Shown: positions 23,235 through 35,385, counted from the first letter of the stretch. The stretch: 64,000 bases of DNA from Octopus sinensis (GCF_006345805.1 NC_043025.1:5580001-5644000); one strand, 5' to 3'. The notes: generated by a model from the sequence alone, not told the origin. Numbers and translations: made by a program.

Positions 23235-25590
23235 CCCTCAGTAGCTGCCCAACCTCCTCTGCTGAAGTAGGTGGGACTATATCAGGGAAGCCTTGTATAC
23301 GACATCAATGGATACTTTCAGCATGAGAGAAAGGCAAAACCCAGATTGGTTCAATGCTGGGCTCTCAGAGCTGGAGCCAGTTATCGAAGCAAAGCGTGCA
23401 GCTCTGATGCAATACAAGAGTGACTCTTCTACAAAGTCACTCGAAGAACTCAGAAAGGCACGAAATAAAACCCAACTGACAGCCAGACGCTGTGCAAATA
23501 GGTATTGGCAGGAAATCTGTCAGAGTATCCAGTCAGCTGCTGACAGGGGCGACACCAGTGGGATGTATGCCGGTTTGAAGAAGGCCCTCGGTCCATCCGC
23601 AACCAAGTCAGCCCCTCTGAAATCAACTACTGGAGATCTCATCAGGGATCAAGGCAAGCAAATGGATAGATGGGTGGAGCACTACCAGGATCTCTACTCA
23701 CGGGAGACTACAGTAGCTGAGGCTGCATTGAGAGTGTCAAGATCTTGCCAGTCATGTGCGAACTTGACAGTCCGCCATCTATAGCAGAGCTCACCAAGGC
23801 TGTTGACTCCCTAGCAAGAAATAAGGCTCCGGGAAAAGACGGCATCCCCTCAGAGATCATCAAAGCCGGCAAAAACACCATCCTGCTTCGGCACCTTCAT
23901 GAGCTTCTGTGTCGGTGCTGGGAAGAGGGTACAGTCCCTCAGGATATGCGGGATGCTAACATCATTACGCTTTACAAAAACAAAGGTGACCGTGGTGATT
24001 GTAACAATTACCGTGGTATATCCCTTCTAAGCACTGTTGGAAAGACCTTTGCCCGCGTTATCCTGGCCAGGCTACAACTACTTGCTTCTCGAATCTATCC
24101 GGAATCGCAGTGTGGCTTTAGAAGAAGCAGATCAACTATTGATATGATATTCTCCATACGCCAACTTCAGGAGAAGTCCAAAGAGCAGAAAATGCCATTA
24201 TATATGGCCTTCATTGATCTAACAAAGGCTTTTGACTCGGTAAGCAGAACAGGCCTCTTCCTCCTGCTCCAAAAAATCAGATGTCCACCAAAGCTGCTGA
24301 GGATCATCAAGTCTTTCCATGATGACATGCAAGGCACCATACAGCACAACAGTTCAACATCAGCCGCCTTCCAAATAAAAAACGGGGTAAAGCAAGGTTG
24401 TGTCCTCGCTCCTACATTGTTTGGCATCTTCTTCTCGCTCTTACTTTCACATGCCTTTCAGACATCAGATGATGGAGTGTTTCTGCACAGTAGAAGTGAC
24501 GGGAAACTGTTCAATCTCTCGCGCCTGCGTGCCAAGACCAAAATCAAAAACGTCCTGATCAAGGAGATGTTATTTGCTGATGATGCCGCTCTGGTAACAC
24601 ACACAGAAGAAGCCCTCCAAAGGCTCATTAACTGTTTTGAGCAAGCATGTAACGACTTTGGCTTAGCTATCAGCCTTAAGAAGACCAACATCATTGGCCA
24701 GGCTACATCGGACATACCAAACATACATATTGGAGACCACAGATTACAAGAGGTGGAGAAGTTTACCTATCTGGGCTCTACCGTCACCTACAACCTATCC
24801 CTTGACGCTGAGCTCAATATACACATTGGCAAGGCAGCTGCTGCGATGGCCCAACTCTCCAAACGGGCTTCGGACAACAATAAGCTTACCAAGACCACGA
24901 AAATGAAGATCTACCAGGCATGTGTACTCAGCACTCTACTGTATGGAAGTGAGACTTGGACGCTATACACACGCCAAGAGCGTCGCCTAAACATCTTTCA
25001 CCTGCGCTGCTTCCGAAAAATCCTCCGCATCAAATGGCAGGATCATATCCCCAACAAAGATGTCCTCAAGCAAGCAGGAATACCAAGCATGTTTGCACTC
25101 CTCACACAAAGACATATGAGATGGCTTGGGCATGTTAGCCGTATGGAAGATGGCAGAATCCCCAAGGACATACTCTATGGAGAGCTTGCTAGGGGTACTA
25201 GGTCTGTGGGTAGGCCAATCTTACGTTACAAGGATGTTTGCAAAAGGGACATGAAGGCCTGCAACATCAATATTAGCGGTTGGGAAGCAATTGCCAGCAA
25301 CCGTGGTGATTGGCGACGTACCTTAAAAGAGGGAATACAAAGGAGTGACAGAGAGAGAGGAGAAATGGAAAGACAAGAAAAGACGTCAACAAGAAACTAT
25401 GACATTACAACCAGCCAGGACAAGTCTTCGCTACATTTGCGGCACCTGCCAGAGGAAGTGTTTGTCCAGGATAGGATTACACAGCCACAGCAGGAAATGT
25501 ATCAGGACATGAAATATAAAAGCTGGACTAGACTACTTTGTGCGCAACTCCATTGTCTCCCGAGACAGAAAGGATGCCAATACCAACACC
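23235..25590 (+). mobile_element. RTE (BovB-like) LINE, 5'-truncated, two frameshifts
   Basis: NYRGISLLS, PESQCGFR, DLTKAFD, GVKQGCVLAP, LFADD and RWLGHV. C-terminal CGTCQRKCLSRIGLHSHSRKC lies in a shifted frame after about 25365. 3' end CCATTGTCTCCCGAGACAGAAAGGATGCC. Confidence 0.95.
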
Positions 25591-25747
25591 ATATACACAT
25601 ATATATATATATACATATATACAAATATATATATATATATATATATGTGTGTCACAAGTACAGGTGAGGTCACTTTGGGCAAGGTTCTACAGCTAGATGC
25701 CCTTCTGAAGAACACCAGCCACTTTACTTTGTGGACTGGGTGCTTTT

Positions 25748-27185
25748 TACCCTTTCATTACTGTATTTACTTAGAGATGCTCTGTGTTTCTTTCAATTAA
25801 TCTTAAATATAACAAGAACTTAGTAAAATAACTAAGTTATCATTAAGCTAGTGTTAGAAACATAAATTGTGACTAAGGTTTGGTCGAAGATTTTAATTCA
25901 AAACTTATGAAAACAAGACATTTGTACTACAGAGCCGGTTTCAGCCGGGTTGGTATCAAAAGGGTTAAAAATATCATGGTGACTTGAACCCTTTTGTTAC
26001 CATATTTCTATTGAGATGCTCTGTGTTTCTTTCAATTAATCTTAATATAACAAAGAATTTAGTAAAATAACTAAGTTATCATTAAGCTAGTGTTAGGAAC
26101 ATAAATTGTAACTAAGGTTTGGTGGAAGATTTTAATTCAAATCTTTTGAAAACAAGACATTGTACTACAGAGCCAGGGGTGGTTTCAACCAGGTTGGTAT
26201 CAAAAGGGTTAAAATGTCATGGTGACTTTAACCCTTTTGTTACCATATTTCTGTTGAGATGCTCTGTGTTTCTTTCAATTAATCTTAAATATAACAAATA
26301 ATTTAGTAAAATAACTAAGTTATCATTAAAGCTAGTGTTAGGAACATAAATTGTAACTAAGGTTTGGTGGAAGATTTTAATTCAAATCTTTTGAAAACAA
26401 GACATTTGTACTACAGAGCCAGGGGTGGTTTCAACCAGGTTGGTATCAAAAGGGTTAAAAATGTCATGGTGACTTTAACCCTTTTGTTACCATATTTCTG
26501 TTGAGATGCTCTGTGTTTCTTTCAATTAATCTTAAATATAACAAAGAATTTAGTAAAATAACTAAGTTATCATTAAAGCTAGTGTTAGGAACATAAATTG
26601 TAACTAAGGTTGGTGGAAGATTTTAATTCAAATCTTTTGAAAACAAGACATTTGTACTACAGAGCCAGGGGTGGTTTCAACCAGGTTGGTATCAAAAGGT
26701 TAAAATGTCATGGTGACTTTAACCCTTTTGTTACCATATTTCTGTTGAGATGCTCTGTGTTTCTTTCAATTAATCTTAAATATAACAAATAATTAGTAAA
26801 ATAACTTAGTTATCATTAAGCTAGTGTTAGAAACATAAATTGTGACTAAGGTTGGTGGAAGATTTTAATTCAAAACTTATGAAAACAAGACATTGTACTA
26901 CAGAGCCAGGGGGGTTTCAACCAGGTTGGTATCAAAAGGGTTAAAAATATCATGGTGACTTTAACTCTTTTGTTACCATATTTCTGTTGAGATGCTCTGT
27001 GTTTCTTTCAATTGATTTTAAATATAACAAAGAATTTAGTAAAATAACTCAGTTATCATTAAGCTGGTGTTAGGAACATAAATTGTGACTAAGGTTTGGT
27101 GGAAGATTTTAATTCAAATCTTTTGAAAACAAGACATTTGTACTGAGAGCCAGAGCAGGCTCCAGCCGGGTTGGTATCAAAAGGG
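25748..27185. mobile_element. Tandem array of six piggyBac-type MITEs (period about 243 bp)
   Basis: TTAA-CCCTTTTGTTACCA ... TGGTATCAAAAGGG-TTAA. Left ends at about 25748, 25989, 26232, 26479, 26723 and 26965, with a short constant linker aatrtcatggtgact. Confidence 0.85.
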
Positions 27186-28069
27186 TGAAGTGGCACTTGA
27201 CAGGGTCACCAAGTATTTGCAAGACAAAAGAAAAAAACAGATTTCAAGAATCAAATGGTTTTTTTTTGAGGAGACTTTCGGTGACACTTTTACACATACA
27301 CTTTTTTTTTATATAGGTCTTTCTGATGATGCCCAGTCAGGTAAGAGGGCACCTCGGCAACCAAAGAAGCTGTGGGCACAAGCCTGGGTGAAGCTGGTCG
27401 CAAGTGCAGATCTCTGTGGTAGAAGCAGATATTTTCATATATAAAATTAAATGGCTTCATTTTTGTATAATTTAGTGTTGTTTTCGTGGTCTTGTGGGTA
27501 ACTACACATCCTAAACAAGGTTCAGTCTCCCCAAAAACCATTATTGACAGCCTTTATAAAAATTTAAAATATCTTTTTTTTTTTTTACTTCCTATGGAGA
27601 TAGGTAAAAATAAAGAAATATTTAAAAATTTGACAAGTCAGTCAGTCACCGGCTGACACTCACTGACGATACATCGAAGAGGCCAGGGAACAGAAGAAAG
27701 AAGAAAGACATGCACCCAACACCAGAGCTGAAAACACCTTCAAAAGTGTGTGTGGGGGGGGGCCCCTCCGCCACGTCAAAACGGTAGAGGAGTAGGGGCC
27801 GAAAGCGGACGTGGTTCCTCCTGATGATGTCTTGAGCTAACTGGATCCTATAAAGGAGCTGTTGTGGTAGCAGACCACAAAACACGGTTATAATTCCTCC
27901 TTTAACTCACCCCCACCACTCCACTGCTCTTGAAATTCCTTTATCTGCAAGGACATCCAAACAGACCCCTAATTTGGGGGAGCAAACAAACAGAGATACG
28001 TAAAACCTTTTTCCGTGATTGTTATTGATCTTCAGCTAGGATAGGTTTAAATATCTCATTTTTTCACTC

Positions 28070-30790
28070 TATTTCTGTGGTTTGGGTTTCAATTCCTTCC
28101 CAGTCAAAAAGTAATTTTTTTTTTTGTTATTAACTGAAATAAATTGAAATATCTTTTTTTTTACCCCTTAACATTGTTGCTGTTTTGTCTGTTAAATGGT
28201 GGTTTGGGTTTCAATTCCTTCCCAGTCAAAATGTAATTTTTTTTTTGTTATTAACTGAAATAAATTGAAATATCTTTTTTTTTACCCCTTAACATTGTTG
28301 CTGTTTTGTCTGTTAAATGGTAGTTTGGGTTTCAATTCCTTCCCAGTCAAAATGTAATTTTTTTTTGTTATTAACTGAAATAAATTGAAATATCTTTTTT
28401 TTTACCCCTTAACATTGTTGCTGTTTTGTCTGTTAAATGGTAGTTTGGGTTTCAATTCCTTCCCAGTCAAAAAGTAATTTTTTTTTGTTATCAACTGAAA
28501 TAAATTGAAATATCTTTTTTTTTACCCCTTAACATTGTTGCTGTTTTGTCTGTTAAATGGTGGTTTGGGTTTCAATTCCTTCCCAGTCAAAAAGTAATTT
28601 TTTTTTTGTTATTAACTGAAATAAATTGAAATATCTTTTTTTTTACCCCTTAACATTGTTGTTGCTTTATCTGTTAAATGGTGGTTTGGGTTTCAATTCC
28701 TTCCTAGTCTAAAAATAATTTTCTTGTTATTAAGTGAAGTATTATGATTATAGACAAGTGGCTAGAGATGGTCACAACTGGAGTGTCGTTAATTATAATT
28801 GGTCTGGTAGAGTAGAACTAATCTGGAGTAAACAATGAAGCATAGTGTGTGTGTGTGTGTGTGTGTATGAGTGTGAAAAATGGGTCTCAAGACAGCCTTG
28901 CCATAGTTACCAAATCTTTTCATTAGGCACAAAAATTTAAATATCTTTATTTTTTTTTTTTTTACCCTTTAACATTGTTACTGCTTTGTCTGTTAAATGG
29001 TGGTTTGGGTTTCAATTCCTTCCCAGTCTAAAAATTATTTTTTATTAACTGAAATTGGTCTGGTGGAGTAGAACTGATCTGGAGTAAACAACGAAGCATA
29101 GTGTGTGTGTGAAAAATGGGTCTCAAGACAGCCTTGCCATAATAACCAAATTTAAATATCTCTATTTTTTTTTACCCCTTAACATTGTTGCTGCTCTGTC
29201 TGTTCAATAGTGGTTTTGGTTTCAATGTCTTCCCAGTCTAAAAGTAATTTTTTTTGGTGGTTTGGGTTTCAATGTCTTCCCAGTCTAAAAGTAATCTTAT
29301 TTTGGTGGTCTGGGTTTCAATGTCTTCCCAGTCTAAAAGTAATTTTTTTTGGTGGTTTGGGTTTCAATGTCTTCCCAGTCTAAAAGTAATTTTTTTTTGG
29401 TGGTTTGGGTTTCAATGTCTTCCCAGCCTAAAAGTAATTTTTTTTTGGTGGTTTGGGTTTCAATGTCTTCCCAGCCTAAAAGTAATTTTTTTTTGGTGGT
29501 TTGGGTTTCAATGTCTTCCCAGTCTAAAAGTAATTTTTTTTTGGTTATTTACTGAAATAGATTTAAATATCTGAATTTTTCCATTAATTTTGTAGCAGCT
29601 TCAGTGGCCTAGTAGGTAAGGTGCTAGAAGTAGTGGCATAATAATGGTTGAGGTTTCAAACCTCTGCCAGGAAATTCATTTTTTTTCCACTAGAGACAAA
29701 AAAAAGGGAAAATTTTTGATTTCCTAGCAGAGGTTTGAAACCTCAACCATTATTATGCCACTACTTCTAGCACCTTACCTACTAGGCCACTGAAGCTGCT
29801 ACAAAATTAATGGAAAAATTCAGATATTTAAATCTATTTCAGTAAATAACAAAAAAAAAATTACTTTTAGACTGGGAAGACATTGAAACCCAAACCACCA
29901 AAAAAAAATTACTTTTAGGCTGGGAAGACATTGAAACCCAAACCACTATTGAACAGACAAAGCAGCAAAAATGTTAAGGAGTAAAAAAATAAATAAAGAT
30001 ATTTAAATTTGGTAATTATGGCAAGGCTGTCTTGAGACCCATTTTTCACACACACACACACACACACTATGCTTCGTTGTTTACTCCACCAGACCAATTT
30101 CAGTTAATAAAAAAATAATTTTTAGACTGGGAAGGAATTGAAACCCAACCCACAGACAAAGCAGCAACAATGTTAAAGGGTAAAAAAAAATAAAGATATT
30201 TAAATTTTTGTGCCTAATGAAAAGATTTGGTAACTATGGCAAGGCTGTCTTGAGACCCATTTTTCACACACACACACACACACAATACTTCATTGTTTAC
30301 TCCAGATCAGTTCTACTCCACCAGACCAATTTCAGTTAATAAAAAAAAATTTTTTAGACTGAGAAGGATTTGAAACCCTAACCACCATTTAACAGACAAA
30401 GCAGCAACAATGTTAAGGGGTAAAAAAATAAATTTATTAAAATTTTTGTGCTTAATGAAAAGATTTGGTAACTATGGCAATGCTGTCTTGAGACCCATTT
30501 TTCACACACACACACACACAAAATCTCTTTGTTGAGGGAAATTTGGTTGCTATTTCGAGACTGCTTTGGGGATTCTTATACACACCAGTTTTGAACTTTT
30601 ACTTCAGTTCATTCTCAGGAGGAGTTTGATGTCAATTTAGAACTAAAATAATTTTTAGACTGGGAAGGAATTGAAACCCAAACTGCCATTTAACAGACAA
30701 AGCAGCAACAATGTTAAGAGGTAAAAAAAAAAAAAATATTTAAATTTATTTAAATTTTTGTGCTTAATGAAAAGATTTGGTAACTATGTA
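28070..30790. mobile_element. Foldback-like giant imperfect palindrome with modular arms
   Basis: 29544-29675 and 29719-29850 are 131/132 identical inverted arms. Outward, the arms are built from 48-bp, about 120-bp and about 240-bp modules in unequal copy number. Confidence 0.85.
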
Positions 30791-31692
30791 TATATATGCG
30801 TATGTGTGTGTGTATATATATATATATGAATATATATCATTTCTGACTTATATATGTGTGTGTGTGTGTGTACATATGTATGTATATATATATATATATT
30901 ATATATATATACACACACACACATTATTTTAAACTATAAATGTATATAAAGTTATTTTTATACATCATACATAAAAACATTGACATTTTAATAAAGAGCT
31001 CATTCGTAATTAGCAACTTAATTATTTTGAGGAAAATGAGGGGTGTTTTTTTGTTTTTGTTACAATTAATTTTATGTTAAAAAAAAAACAGTACAATTTT
31101 TAAAATATAGGCATATTTTTTTTATTTCGCTTATTCATAAAATAATTTTTTTTACACAAATTTAAAATGCAAAAACAATGAATATTTCAAAAACAGCCAC
31201 AAAAATTGCTGTTTTTGATTTACAAACGAAGTCACAACATCATAATAATAATAATAATTCTCTTTGTTATAGGTACAAAGGCCTAAAATTTTGAGTTAGG
31301 GGAACAAGTTAATTACATCGACCCCAGTGAATAATTGGAACTGGTTTTATCCACCCCAATAATGATAATAATGATAATAATAATAATAACCAAATGGCAA
31401 AATACTCAGTCAAGACATTGAAGGTTTCGTTCAATACAACAGAAATGGGACAAATATGGAAAGAATAAAAAAGAAAAGTAAGAAAAGATGTTTATGCAAG
31501 TTTGAATTTTTTACACCTCTCGGAGAAGAAATAATGAAGACGCATTTGTGGAGGAGATGAAGGTAAATTTGATTTGCTTGGAAATTTACAAAAGAAAAAG
31601 AAAAAAAAAAAAAAGGTGCTGCTATTTCTAGCATGACCAGGTAGAGATTGCTTAATTGCCTCTTGGTAGGTTGAAGATGATGTTGATGAAGA

Positions 31693-31850
31693 CGATGATG
31701 ATTTTATATAGGAAGGGCATCCAGCCGTAGAAACACTGCCAGATCAGACTGGGCCTGGTGCAGCCTTCTGGCTTCCCAGACCCCGGTCGAACCGTCCAAC
31801 CCATGCTAGCATGGAAAGAGGATGCTAAACGAAGATGATGATGATGATAT
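31693..31850 (+). mobile_element. Family C (RTE-tail) short copy
   Basis: Near-identical to 22200-22340. Confidence 0.8.
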
Positions 31851-32319
31851 ATGATGGTGCCGGTGGTACATAAAAAAGCACCATCCGATTGTGGCCGTTG
31901 CCAGCATCGCCTGGCACCTGTGCAGTTGGCCTGCTCGCTTAGCCAGCGGGGTGGCGTCATTCGAAGGCTAAAACAATGCGAACGCATTGTGACCAGCGAT
32001 GTGTAACAACATCTGATGGTCTGGTCAGTCACGTGATATATATATTATTATTATAATATATATATATATATATACATATATAATTATTATAATATATATA
32101 CATATATAATTATTATAATATATACATATATAATATTATATATATATATATATAATATAATTATTATAATATATATACATATATAATTATTATAATATAT
32201 ATATATATATACATATATAATTATTATAATATATATATATATAATATATATATATATAATATATATATATATATACATATATAATTATTATAATATATAT
32301 TATATATATATATATGCGC

Positions 32320-33101
32320 ATAAGCGTGGTTATGTGGTAAGTAGCTTATTTCCTACCCACAGAGTTCCGGGGTTCAGTCCCACTGCATGGCACCTTGGGC
32401 AAGTGTCTTCTACTATAGCCTCAGGCCGACCAAAGCCTTGTGAGTGGATTTGGTAGATGGAAACTAAAAGAAGCCTGTTGTGTATATATATATGTTTGTG
32501 TGGGTATCTCTTTTTGTCCCCAACCCCCGTCACCATCGCTTGACAACTGATGCTGGTGTGTTTATGTCCCCATAACTTAGCAGTTAGGCAAAAGAGGCTG
32601 ATAAAATAAGTAGTAGACCTACAAAGCACAAGTCCTGGGGTCGATTTGTTCGACTAACACCCCTTTAAGGTGGTGCTCCAGCATGGCCACAGTAAAATGA
32701 CTGATACAAGTAAAAGAAAAGAATATCGCAGGAGTGGCTGTGTGGTAAGTAGCTTGCTTACCAACCACATGGTTCCGGGTTCAGTCCCACTGCGTGGCAT
32801 CTTGGGCAAGTGTCTTCTGCTATAGCTCCGGGCCGACCAATGCTTTGTGAGTGGATTTGGTAGACGGAAACTGAAAGAAGCCCATCGTATATATGTATAT
32901 ATATATATGTATGCGTGTGTGTGTGTGTCTGTGTTTGTCCCCCTAGCATCGCTTGACAACCAATGCTGGTGTGTTTACGTCCCCGTCACTTAGCGGTTCG
33001 GCAAAAAGAGACCGATAGAATAAGTACTGGGCTTACAAAAAGAATAAGTCCCGGGGTCGATTTGCTCGACTAAAGGCGGTGCTCCAGCATGGCCGCAGTC
33101 A
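32320..33101 (+). mobile_element. Two adjacent SINE family A copies
   Basis: Heads near 32322 (diverged) and 32727. Confidence 0.85.
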
Positions 33102-33974
33102 AAGAAGAAGGTTGAGCAACATAAAGACTTCTATGTTGACTTATGGTGTTGTTGATGATGATGATGATGACGATGTGGCTGCAATTTAGCTCCAGCACAC
33201 CTGTGATTAAAGACATTGCATTTGTGACCATCCTGTCTTGGTGTTGTTCAAGAGATAAGGAATGTGGTTAGAACTACGTTATCCAAGACAAAACGGTAAG
33301 GTGCGATGGAATTGAGATTTGGCTGCTATTTCTAGCAACTTGTTGACTTGTGTTGGAGGTGTAAAAGTAACAAATGTCCACACACACACACACACACCAC
33401 ACAGAATCACTTGCACACATACACAAGTGCATACGTACATACACGCATACACACATACACTGAAACAAGCCCATACGCACACGCGTAAACACACACACAT
33501 GCACACATAAATACATGCATCCACACACACACATTCACAAACATGAATACAAACATATACACACACACCACATCTATATACACATACACCACATCTATAT
33601 ACACACACGCACAAGCATCTATATATAAATACATACACACATGCAAATCCACTAGCATATACACATACACACACACATTCAAGCATGCATACATAAATAC
33701 ATACACACAAAAATACCTATTAACATACACACATTCATTTCTATTCACACACAACACACAGTGACTAACATTTTGAAAGTAAATAAACTTTAAAAATATT
33801 TTAAACGCATATTTGTTCGTTAAAATGCAAAACAAGTTTGGTAATTAAAAAAAAAAAAAGCATTTGAAATGAAAACAAAATTAAGAAAAAATAAACTTTT
33901 TTTTAAAAATTGAAAAAAAAAAAAATTTAAATAAAAGGAAATAAAACAAAAATAAAAAAAAAAGGATGGAAAAG

Positions 33975-34790
33975 TTAAGGAAGTTTCTCAATTGGATCAG
34001 TCAGGAGCAAGTTGTCGGAATTACAGGCAAACTTCAGGCAGAATTTATTGCATTTGTGTTTCGCCATGAATGTCTTAATTCCACAGACCCCCTCGTCACC
34101 CCATTCTCTGAATTCATGTTTGCGGGAGTGGACAGTTGGACAGGAGAGGCAACAGGTTCGGTCGCGCACCTCCCCACGGAAGTCGCAAAGAATCATCTCG
34201 CCGTGCATCACGACGAAGCTGAAGTGGGAGAGGGCGTCGAGGATGGAGAGGAGGCGGCTGCTGGGAGCTCCGGGATTGTTGTTGTCGATGCAGGCGCCAC
34301 CGTTGTTGTTGCCGCCGCCGCTGCCGGAGCAGGTGCCGACCATATCGGAGAACCGCTGCCAGCCTGCACCGCCTCCATCCTCCGACTGGAATTCCTCGAC
34401 GACAACAAATTCCTCTTGGCCAAATTCTTTCGGCCCGTTGCGTGCGCACATTCGGTTCAGACTCGATACGCTGTCGATCTGTGCAAGGTGGGGTCGGATA
34501 ACCACCAGGTAGTCATCGTTGAGCACAGATTTGTTAAAGAGGTCGGTGATCTGTTGCTCTAGACTAAGGATGTCGAAATAACTCCTCCAATAACTCTGTT
34601 CCCCGCATGCGTCCTTCTTCACGCGCACCAGGCAACGCTCCCCCTGGCGCGCGCCCTTCCCGTTGAGGAAGCCCTTGTAGAAAAGATGCTCATCAGTCTC
34701 CAACTTTGATTTGTGGCTGAAGCTTGCCCAGTACACCTCTTTCTCTGACCAGTGAAAGTTCAGAGTGCTGTTGTCAAGTTTTAGGTCCAT
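33975..34790 (-). CDS. Alpha-kinase (eEF2K/MHCK/vwkA-like) domain protein, probably catalytically impaired, 271 aa, single coding exon
   Basis: Acceptor ttccaacAG|ATCC at 34808, ATG at 34790, TAA at 33975. Motifs ALSHFSF, ILCDFRG, PTVHS, GDEGVCGI and F..KHKCNKFC are the alpha-kinase C-lobe/zinc signature. GC-rich coding composition in AT-rich surroundings. Confidence 0.85.
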   Translation of the reverse strand: MDLKLDNSTLNFHWSEKEVYWASFSHKSKLETDEHLFYKGFLNGKGARQGERCLVRVKKDACGEQSYWRSYFDILSLEQQITDLFNKSVLNDDYLVVIRPHLAQIDSVSSLNRMCARNGPKEFGQEEFVVVEEFQSEDGGGAGWQRFSDMVGTCSGSGGGNNNGGACIDNNNPGAPSSRLLSILDALSHFSFVVMHGEMILCDFRGEVRDRTCCLSCPTVHSRKHEFREWGDEGVCGIKTFMAKHKCNKFCLKFACNSDNLLLTDPIEKLP

Positions 34791-34794
34791 GATG

Positions 34795-35385
34795 TCACGG
34801 ATTAGGATCTGTTGGAAGAGAGAAAGAAAAAGAGAGCGATTAGGAGGAGGAAAGAAAGGGATCTGTGTGTATGTGTATTGCATGTATGTGAGGAGAGTGT
34901 GTGGATGTATATAGATGTGTGGGTATGTATATGTGAATGACATTTTCACCCAACAACAGAGAATAAGGAAAAAAAATTCATTAATCACGGATTAGGATCT
35001 GTTGAGAGAGAGAAAGAAAGGGAGAGCGATTAGGAGGAGGAAAGGAATAAATGGATCTGTGTGTATGTGTATTGCATGTATGTGAGGGTATATATACATG
35101 AGTGTGTATATGTGAGTGCGTATATGTGAATGACATTTTCGCCCAACAACAGAGAATAAATAAGGAAAAAAATTAATCACGGATTAGGATCTGTTGAGAG
35201 AAAGAAAGAAAGGGAGAGCGATTAGGAGGAGGAAAGGAATAAATGGATCTGTGTGTATGTGTATTGCATGTATGTGAGGGTATATGTGTAGGTGAGTGTG
35301 TATATGTATATAGATGCGTGGGTATGTATATGTGAATGACATTTTCGCCCAACAACAGAGAATAAATAAAGAAAAACAATTCATT
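34795..35385 (-). repeat. About 190-bp tandem triplication containing branch point, polypyrimidine tract and AG acceptor
   Basis: CAG|ATCCTAATCCGTGA occurs with exon boundaries at 34808, 34998 and 35190 (spacing 190/192), each preceded by CCTAAT and a pyrimidine tract on -. Confidence 0.9.

Noticed and set aside
29254-29574. WWFGFQCLPSLK repeat protein
   Set aside because: In-frame read-through of the 48-bp foldback module.
29597-29675. Functional tRNA gene (likewise the SINE A/B/E/F heads)
   Set aside because: A/B boxes are present but the acceptor and anticodon stems do not pair.
33966-34562. 198-aa plus-strand ORF
   Set aside because: Antisense shadow of the GC-rich alpha-kinase exon.
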